A DNA stretch of 60,557 nucleotides. Origin: Octopus bimaculoides (lineage: Eukaryota). The DNA is taken from NCBI RefSeq assembly GCF_001194135.2, contig NC_068990.1, positions 57,742,285 to 57,802,841 of the forward strand, given 5' to 3'. Every line of letters starts with the position of its first letter. Position 1 is the first letter of the stretch. A program made the position numbers and the translations under genes. Under the pieces are notes generated by a model. That model was not told where the DNA came from. It made no database searches and saw only the letters and a list, made by a program, of their open reading frames with translations. Below are positions 51,476-60,557 of this stretch, piece after piece.

Positions 51476-53086
51476 ACAGTGCGATATAGTTAGTGTGTAA
51501 CATCATTAGTGTGGAGTGGTTTCGATCTCCGACCAACTGAAAACAATAAATTTACTTAAACCACTAATACCGTTGAAAAATATATGAATTTCTTACACAA
51601 TTATTTCTTTCCTCTATGAACTTAGAGAATTGTTCTTAAACAAGTTATTAATATTTATAGAATAACGTTAAACTTTCATGTCATTTTGTTTTCTAGTTTT
51701 GTTATATTCCTTTTTATTTCAGTATTTGATTTATGTTCAAGATTGAAAAGAAGCCATCTTTGTGATCTAAAATGAGCTTCATAAAAAAAGTTTTATCTTT
51801 ATTTATCAATAATCTGCATTTCTAAATGTATTTCTATACACTATACCTTGAGCCAAATTTAAACATCTTTTTGGCTACTAACTCTGCCAAAATGGTAATT
51901 CCCGATTATTAAAAAATATTGATATTGCCGTTAATGTTCGATGAAGGTAAAGAAATATTACTTTTTCTCGCGCCATTCAACTAATTTCTTGGCTTGAAAA
52001 GAAAATAAAAAACGACGTAAAATATGTCGCTATCACGTGAAGCAGAATATTAATTTTGATGTAAACTGCAGATATTTTTGCTCGACTTCTTTTTGATCTG
52101 AAATACATGAAACATAAGAGATATGTTACTCCGGGCGCATACTAAGTTACAATTATTGCATGGTCATACCAAGAAACTTTAACTATAAATTAATGGTGCT
52201 TGGCATTTGTGCGGAATCCTACTTCAAGTAAATCGGTCAGTCAGAAGGGAAAATACCATCATTTTAAAAATACTATTGAACATTTCTGTGGTTCAATACT
52301 CTTTTAAAAGTAGCGTAAACGTGTTCAGAAATTATAATGATTAAGATTTCAATTTACCCAAGGGTCTACGGTAACCTTCAAAATTCCTTCGGCAGTAGAG
52401 GAGACCTTAACCATTCATTAGTATTTCTCGAATAAACAGAGATACTATCTGAAAATAGCTGAAGAATTATTTTTCACGACGCTGAACGCAAGAAGAACAA
52501 AACACAGATCTTATAATTTCACTGACAGTATTGCAATATCAATCATTGACAATGAGTTCGTAGAACAATTTTCGTGTAAATACGAAATGAAATATATTGT
52601 CAATCGACCGCCTTAAAGCAGGCATTATTGTACACTATGTACAATATGAAATTATAGAAAAACTTTCTGAGAAACCAAATTTTCTGTAATCTCTTTCAAA
52701 CTTTCTTTCAGGTCATTTTTCAAAATTTGGTATTTTACATGTCATTTTGCTTTTCTGTAATATGACATTATATCGTTCGGAATGTCTAACATTTCAGAAG
52801 ATTTGCTGTACCAATGACACACACACACACACATACGTGCGCGTGTATGCCACTATATATTCATGTGTGTGCTTACATATTTATACACATATTTGTATAT
52901 ATGTATATATAAATATATGTATGTATATATGTATATATATGTATATATATGTATATATATGTAAGTATATATATATGTGCATATGTATTTATATACGCAT
53001 ATATACGTATATATATATGTATATATATATGTGTATATACAGAGAGAGAGGTGTATATATACATATGTATGTGTGAATATGTATAT

Positions 53087-53162
<76 letters not shown>

Positions 53163-54364
53163 TGTGTGCAATGGTAATAATAGAGACTGTTATAATAGAT
53201 TACTCGTTCAAACTACTTCTTACCAAACACTAAGTCACTTGCCGCAGACGAAGATCGATGATTACATATACAGCCACATCTATTTCGTTATATTAATAGT
53301 ATAAGATTATCCATATTTCAAAATAAAATATATATACTGTACGATCTTCATTAATCATATGAATTAATTACGCTGACTAAAATTGAAATTAAATCAAGCT
53401 GCTCTTAAAAGTTCTGGTGACTGTCATAAAGCGAGATGTCATGTTTGGGTGGCGCAAAACATCGATCCAGATTCGTTCTCATTTATTATATATTCATTTT
53501 ATTTACCTTGATAATATCCTTGAGAAATGCTATAAAAGAGAGAAATTTCTATTTGTATTCCTCCTAAAATATTTGTATAAAGTGAAACTAATCAATCATT
53601 CATCCTAAAATTAAATTACTGACAATATTTATTTTAAATTTAGTTTCTTTGAGTAAACAGTTGCGCAGAAGCTTTCGTTTCTCAAAAATGGTATAGATGT
53701 GTCTTCATTATTTGTTAAATATAGAGTCAACGGGTAGCATTCCCGTGGTCAATAGATCTGCTAGGAATAGCAGCCAAGTTTCCTTTGACCCACACTCAAC
53801 CGCCTTAAATATGGAAATGAAATTTTATGTAGTGTAGTCCTTTCTGTATACTTCTAAAAAGACGAGATAGGCCTAGCCCAAATGACTTTGGTGATAGAGC
53901 TGCTCGATCCGAGTAAAACTATGCTAAGTACCAATGAGAATATTGTGTCCAGTTTGTATAAGGTGTCACAAATCGAACCTCACGGCTTTTCCCCCTTCAT
54001 CCGAGATTGAAGAAGGAAAGACAGGGAGAGGAGGGATAAAGAGATAGAGAGAGATAGAGAGAGAAAGTGAGCGTTAGTGTGTGTATATGTGTACCATGCC
54101 AGTGTGTCTGCGCGTATTCTGCAGCTTTGGGTGTAAGCCAACGAAATTATTATAATGGAAGTGATAACACCACTGAGTTTCTCTTTATCTTTTTTCTCAA
54201 TTTTGAAAAATTAAAGAAGTTCGAAGTGTTCTCTCCTTTGATCTACATCTTGCCAACACATACCATAGTTTATTTACTCGTTCTTCGAATGTTACCATTT
54301 CGGCGTGTACACGAATGTTCTCTCTTAAAATATGTAAAGTTTTATCTAAATATGGAACTGCTGA

Positions 54365-54622
54365 AGGGCATTGAGCTGACTGAATCGTTAGCGCGTAGGA
54401 CAAAGGTAGTGAGTGGCAGAACCATTAACAAGGCGGAGAAAAATGTTTAGAGTAATTCTTCCGTGTCTCTGTCTTCTGAGTTCACATTCCATCGAGATCT
54501 ACTTTGCATTTTGTCCTTTGAAACCGATTAAGTAATTACTAATTGACTACTTGGGATGACGTAATTTACTTTCACCATTAAAAAAAAAAAAATGCTGACT
54601 TTGTGCCAAAATTAGAAAGAAA
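54365..54622 (+). mobile_element. SINE family B, degenerate
   Basis: GAGCTGACTGAATCGTTAGCGCG, TTCTGAGTTCACATTCC, CTTTGTGCCAAAATTAGAAAG. Confidence 0.75.
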
Positions 54623-54844
54623 TATATTCAAGAATTTTTAAAGAAACTTTAATTTCTAAATTAAATTTTAAGTGTTAAAATGTTCAAACCAGAAGAAGTG
54701 TTGACAGAGTCTTTAGAAGATTTTCCCAGCTCTACGTGCTCTCAGTTCAAATTTGGCCAAGGTAAGCTGTTCTTTCGGTGCTAATCTAGGGCAGTGAATT
54801 AGAAGAATTTTTAGAGAGCGTGTCAAATAAGATATTTTATGATA

Positions 54845-55095
54845 TTTATTTTCAACCTTTTTTTCTTTATTGACCCTTTTGATTCCTGTTATACTCGGAT
54901 GGACCCTCATAGCGATATGATGTTTAAAAAATTCTATTACATTTTTATAATTAAATATCATTAGGAATTGTATAAAAATTTGAATTGTTAAAATATTTTG
55001 TGTATTGTAGAAGTGTAGCCAATTTATTGCACATAAATTTTAACATCTTTCATGGACGCCCAAGGGCCATGTGGACCCACCTTTAGAACCACAAC
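54845..55095 (+). mobile_element. hAT (Charlie-like) MITE, degenerate third copy
   Basis: CCCTTTTGATTC...GGACCC...TAGGAATTGTATAAAA...CCATGTGGACCC...TTTAGAACCAC matches 36482-36807. Confidence 0.75.
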
Positions 55096-55257
55096 TTTAT
55101 GGTATTATATCCTAGAAGATCGCTTACGTGAAACGCTTTTGAGTAGGGACATAAAAGCTCCGATTTTATTATGCCGGATACAGCCTAATGATACCAGCTT
55201 CCATTAGCAGTTTTATGGAGTTGTACCGAGCTGTGCCGATATAATGTAGGATAAATA

Positions 55258-55580
55258 TAGCGCATAGCTCAGTGGTAAGAGTTGTCGGGCTCACTATCAC
55301 GAAATAGTGAGTTTGAATCCCGCATTGATCCGTCTGCTCTGTTCTCGAACAAGATACTTTATTTCACGTTGCTCTAGTTCACTCAGCTGTAGAAATGAGT
55401 TGCGGCGTCACTGGCTCCAAGCTCTATCGGCCTTTGCCTTTCCCTTGGGTAATATCGATGGCGTGGAGTAGGGTGGCTGGTATACATGGGCGATTGCTGG
55501 CTTTCCATGCTTGGACTTCTCCTTGGAGGGGAATTTTCTAGATGCAATACCATGGTCATTTATGACCAAAAAGGGATCTT
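55258..55580 (+). mobile_element. tRNA-headed SINE family E
   Basis: A-box TAGCTCAGTGG, B-box-like AGTTTGAATCCC, core shared with family F, different tail. Confidence 0.85.
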
Positions 55581-55595
55581 TATCCCTTACCTTTT

Positions 55596-55670
55596 ATTAA
55601 AATATAAATTCTATTCATGGATTAAAATATAAATTCTAGCCATGGATTAAAATATAAATTATATCCATGG
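55596..55670. repeat. 25-bp tandem repeat x3 (ATTAAAATATAAATTCTATTCATGG)
   Basis: Units at 55596, 55621 and 55646, followed by (ATT)n. Confidence 0.9.
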
Positions 55671-55708
55671 ATTATTATTATTATTATTAAGATATGTGTG
55701 TGTGTGGT

Positions 55709-55978
55709 ATCTTTTATCTTTTACTTGTTTTAGTCATTAGATTGCGACCATGCTGGGGCACCACCTGGTATTTTAGGCGAACGAATCAACTCCAGTACTT
55801 ATGTTTTGTAACTCTGGTACTTATTTTGTCGGTTTATTTTGCTGAATCGCAAGTTTCAAAAGCGTAAACACACCAACACTGGTTGTCAAGCGGTGGTGCG
55901 TGACAAACACAGACACAAAGACACACACACACACAAACCTACACACACACACACATATGTATACGTATACGACGGATA
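55709..55978 (-). mobile_element. SINE family A, 3' two-thirds
   Basis: TTTTACTTGTTTTAGTCATTAG...GGTACTTATT...GGTTGTCAAGCGGTGG. Confidence 0.85.
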
Positions 55979-57411
55979 TCATTTACATACATACATACAT
56001 GCATACATACATACATACACACAAACAATGAGGACAGTCTAAATACGCTTAGATATGCGCTCTCGTTCACATGCAAATGTGCAAAGGTGTCTATATCCAG
56101 TTCCGTATAAATGTGCAGTTACTTATTCATCGTATATTGTCATAACACATAAACGTGTGCATACACTAGCTGACAGATGCACTCATACTCAAATAGGCAA
56201 ATGGATACATATTTACAAAAGGCTTGCATATTCATCGATATGCATGCATTGGTGCACAACACCGTCATAACCACATTCTTGCTTTCATGCCGTATAAATA
56301 TATGAAATCATNNNNNNNNNNNNNNNNNNNNNNNNNNNNNNNNNNNNNNNNNNNNNNNNNNNNNNNNNNNNNNNNNNNNNNNNNNNNNNNNNNNNNNNNN
56401 NNNNNNNNNNNNNNNNNNNNNNNNNNNNNNNNNNNNNNNNNNNNNNNNNNNNNNNNNNNNNNNNNNNNNNNNNNNNNNNNNNNNNNNNNNNNNNNNNNNN
56501 NNNNNNNNNNNNNNNNNNNNNNNNNNNNNNNNNNNNNNNNNNNNNNNNNNNNNNNNNNNNNNNNNNNNNNNNNNNNNNNNNNNNNNNNNNNNNNNNNNNN
56601 NNNNNNNNNNNNNNNNNNNNNNNNNNNNNNNNNNNNNNNNNNNNNNNNNNNNNNNNNNNNNNNNNNNNNNNNNNNNNNNNNNNNNNNNNNNNNNNNNNNN
56701 NNNNNNNNNNNNNNNNNNNNNNNNNNNNNNNNNNNNNNNNNNNNNNNNNNNNNNNNNNNNNNNNNNNNNNNNNNNNNNNNNNNNNNNNNNNNNNNNNNNN
56801 NNNNNNNNNNNNNNNNNNNNNNNNNNNNNNNNNNNNNNNNNNNNNNNNNNNNNNNNNNNNNNNNNNNNNNNNNNNNNNNNNNTGTGTGTGTGTGTGTGTG
56901 TGCTCATTTGTGTGAATCAAACGGAATAATGTGTGCACAATGGCTAGGAGATGTATCGCGTTGATACTAAATGTTAATGCAAATGAATGGAGAATAACAT
57001 ACAAAACGGGATTTGGGGTGTGCGTGAAGGGGATAAGAGATGCAATGATGTATGTGGGTGCAGTTGGGAAATTGTGTGTATCTATGTGTCCGTGTGTGTA
57101 TGTCTGTGTGTGCATGTGTACGTGTATGTATTTGTTTGTGTGTATTTATTTGTATGTGTGTGTATGTGTGTACGGTTGGGTGGAAGGAAATCCTGAGCGT
57201 TCATTTTTGTATTCCGATGTGTGGGAAACGGAAATATTCACAGCATGGAACAGAGTGAGTAGCGTAAGCAGTTCTCTTAGTTATACAACATAGTAATAGG
57301 AGCGATTGATCGGTACACTTGTTGCCTTTAGATCAGTAAACATTAGTTGGAGTATATTCATATATATATAAGACTGCGAGTGAATTTTCTTCAATAGACA
57401 TACATACATAC

Positions 57412-57458
<47 letters not shown>

Positions 57459-58407
57459 NNNNNNNNNNNNNNNNNNNNNNNNNNNNNNNNNNNNNNNNNN
57501 NNNNNNNNNNNNNNNNNNNNNNNNNNNNNNNNNNNNNNNNNNNNNNNNNNNNNNNNNNNNNNNNNNNNNNNNNNNNNNNNNNNNNNNNNNNNNNNNNNNN
57601 NNNNNNNNNNNNNNNNNNNNNNNNNNNNNNNNNNNNNNNNNNNNNNNNNNNNNNNNNNNNNNNNNNNNNNNNNNNNNNNNNNNNNNNNNNNNNNNNNNNN
57701 NNNNNNNNNNNNNNNNNNNNNNNNNNNNNNNNNNNNNNNNNNNNNNNNNNNNNNNNNNNNNNNNNNNNNNNNNNNNNNNNNNNNNNNNNNNNNNNNNNNN
57801 NNNNNNNNNNNNNNNNNNNNNNNNNNNNNNNNNNNNNNNNNNNNNNNNNNNNNNNNNNNNNNNNNNNNNNNNNNNNNNNNNNNNNNNNNNNNNNNNNNNN
57901 NNNNNNNNNNNNNNNNNNNNNNNNNNNNNNNNNNNNNNNNNNNNNNNNNNNNNNNNNNNNNNNNNNNNNNNNNNNNNNNNNNNNNNNNNNNNNNNNNNNN
58001 NNNNNNNNNNNNNNNNNNNNNNNNNNNNNNNNNNNNNNNNNNNNNNNNNNNNNNNNNNNNNNNNNNNNNNNNNNNNNNNNNNNNNNNNNNNNNNNNNNNN
58101 NNNNNNNNNNNNNNNNNNNNNNNNNNNNNNNNNNNNNNNNNNNNNNNNNNNNNNNNNNNNNNNNNNNNNNNNNNNNNNNNNNNNNNNNNNNNNNNNNNNN
58201 NNNNNNNNNNNNNNNNNNNNNNNNNNNNNNNNNNNNNNNNNNNNNNNNNNNNNNNNNNNNNNNNNNNNNNNNNNNNNNNNNNNNNNNNNNNNNNNNNNNN
58301 NNNNNNNNNNNNNNNNNNNNNNNNNNNNNNNNNNNNNNNNNNNNNNNNNNNNNNNNNNNNNNNNNNNNNNNNNNNNNNNNNNNNNNNNNNNNNNNNNNNN
58401 NNNNNNN

Positions 58408-58482
<75 letters not shown>

Positions 58483-59024
58483 AAGAAAGAGAGAGTTGGG
58501 AGTGAGATATTTACTGAATGTAAATTAAGTAAGCATACTATGCAAGTTATCGGTTATACAACAGAGTAATGACGAGAATTGCCATATTTGTTATCTTAAG
58601 ATCAGTAAACAGGTGAATAGAGTGACGTGCATGTATAGAATGGAGACAGACGGACAGACAGATAGTTTGTTAAAGGGCTAGATTTACAATTAATGTTTGC
58701 TTTGTCTACAATGTTCATTAGAATATTGTAATCAGCACATAGATCAACAATACGCATGTAAACAGATTCACACACACACACACACACAAATGTATACATA
58801 TATGTATATATGTGTGAGTGTATAAATGTATATGTATATGTGTATGTATAAATACACACACACACATATGTATATATCTGTATACATACACACATACACA
58901 GACATCACACACATATATGTATCTGTATACATACACACATATATGTATGTATAAATACATATATAAATGTATATATATATATTTGTATATAAATGTATAT
59001 ATGTATACATGTTTCTCACTCTCC

Positions 59025-59058
<34 letters not shown>

Positions 59059-59059
59059 A

Positions 59060-59106
<47 letters not shown>

Positions 59107-60044
59107 TTGAATAACATTTAAGTACGCCAGACGCGACGTTTCACGTTACGTGCATGTATATGTGGTTACAGGCGCATGTAGTGGAGTATGTAATAGTTAC
59201 CTGTCCTTCAAATCTATGAGGCTGTTGTGCAAGTTCCTCTGCATGAGAATTTTTAACACGAAATGGATACCTGCTGCCCAGCCATCATAAGTTATCCGTA
59301 ATTACGACAAGGATAGCGAAGCAATAACAAAGACATACCGAGACGACTCGTTCATTCTTATAACGCTAAAGAAGATGCTGTGGCACCTATTCGCGGCAAC
59401 TAGATGAATTGATATTTGGAAGACTAAATGAATGAGAGTATAAACTTTCTGATTGAGATACTTGTCAACATTTGTTACGAATTGTATTATCACTAGTTTC
59501 AACCTTTTTTATGTCTGAAAAGCAACGTCCTTGGATAGCAAAATATTCTTGTGGTTTGGAAAATTTGAGAAATAGTGGAATGATTTGATGTAGAATAAAA
59601 TAATAGTGCTTAATAAGAAAAATGAATCGGCTTGAAATCATGATCATATTAAATTGCTTATCCAATAATTTACTGACGTAACTTCTTTATTTTCCTGTCT
59701 TTGTCATTCTACCTCTTTTTGTCTCTCTTTCTCACTCTCTAGCAGTTTTACTTTCAATACCACATAAGCAATCATCTTTAAATCTGCACCATATGTCAGA
59801 ACACTTCGACAACTGACTAAGGTACACCCTTATTACTGTCTAGTTGTGTCTTCATATCTTATAGTCATAACTCCGTATTCTTTTGAAATGATTAAACTAG
59901 GTGTGTGTGTGCGTACGTGCATGTGTTTGTGTGTGACTGCGTGTCTGTTTGTGTATGTGTGTTTTTGTGTGTGTGTATGTGTTTGTGTGTGTGTCATTGC
60001 AACTGTGTGCTTGTGTGTGTCTCATTGAAACTGTGTTTGTTCTC

Positions 60045-60178
60045 CACCGCAGAGACAGGCAGAATAAGTACCAGGCTTAAAAGATGTTAGTACTGGGGTT
60101 GATTCATTTGAATAAAATCCTTCAAGCCCGTGCTCCATGATGGCCACAGTCTAATGACTAAAATAGACGAAAAATAAA
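60045..60178 (+). mobile_element. SINE family A, 3' part
   Basis: GAATAAGTACCAGGCTTAAAA...AGTACTGGGG...TGGCCACAGTCTAATGACT. Confidence 0.85.
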
Positions 60179-60372
60179 GGACACACACATATATGTATGT
60201 GTACATATATATCAATACACACATGTATATATATATACAGGATATCCACAAGGTCTGGGTACATGGAGTAAATAAAATCATAACATAAACAATCAAATAT
60301 AAGAAATAATAATTTCTTAAAGTATGTGTTAATCCCCCTGTACCAAGACTTTGTGGACATCCTGTATATATA

Positions 60373-60535
60373 TTTCTTTATTGTCCACAGGGGGACTAAA
60401 CATAGAGGGGAAAAGCAAGGACAGACAAAGGGATTAAGTCGATTACACCGACCCCAGAGCGTAACTGGTACTTATTTAATCGACCCCGAATGGATGAAAG
60501 GCAGAATCGACCACGGCGGAATTTGAACTCAAAAC
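60373..60535 (-). mobile_element. SINE family B variant with an alternative 3' tail
   Basis: Core AGTCGATTACACCGACCCCAG...GGTACTTATTTAATCGACCCCG...GGCGGAATTTGAACTC, but the tail region reads GGGGACTAAACATAGAGGGG..CAAGGACAGACAAAGGG on the + strand. Confidence 0.85.
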
Positions 60536-60557
60536 ATATATATATATATATATATAA

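Larger units (their letters stand above)
2649..58407. other. 16 assembly gaps (N runs) scattered across this interval
   Basis: 2649-2702, 4116-4540, 9274-9895, 13897-14669, 15625-15680, 28322-28683, 29697-29894, 30428-30616, 36008-36113, 40348-41139, 41845-41854, 42696-42798, 47855-47864, 49795-49804, 56312-56882, 57459-58407. Most abut simple repeats, and exons could be hidden inside them. Confidence 0.99.

Noticed and set aside
86-59114. Many supplied ORFs with YIYI, HTHT, CVCV, SLSL or X runs
   Set aside because: They are translations of microsatellites and N-gaps, open only because the repeats lack stop codons

Overview
AT-rich eukaryotic genomic DNA from a gapped short-read assembly, with 16 N-gaps, nearly all bounded by microsatellites. 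The microsatellite density and SINE repertoire point to an octopod cephalopod such as Octopus (inference, not searched). Most of the window is non-coding: compound (TA)n/(CA)n/(GA)n/(TACA)n/(ATT)n tracts, about 30 copies or fragments of several tRNA-headed SINE families (local labels A, B, D, E, F), a two-copy ~550-bp element (C), a decayed full-length mariner, mariner- and hAT-type MITEs, CR1-like and R4/Dong-like LINE fragments, and Penelope-like termini. I found no rRNA, intact tRNA, CRISPR array or prokaryotic gene. Almost all supplied ORFs are artefacts of microsatellites, N-runs or repeats. The best host-gene candidate is a 123-aa two-TM ORF at 34492-34863 (-) with a plausible 5'-UTR exon and promoter; a few short plus-strand exon candidates at 5.1-10.7 kb are weaker. 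The most interesting signals are a 381-bp tandem unit carrying a type I hammerhead-like motif per unit (retrozyme/Penelope-like), a shared 3' tail linking SINE A to a CR1-like LINE, a pre-miRNA-shaped hairpin at 8.6 kb and a long fold-back at 13.6-13.8 kb. The sequence alone does not establish a wholly new biological system.
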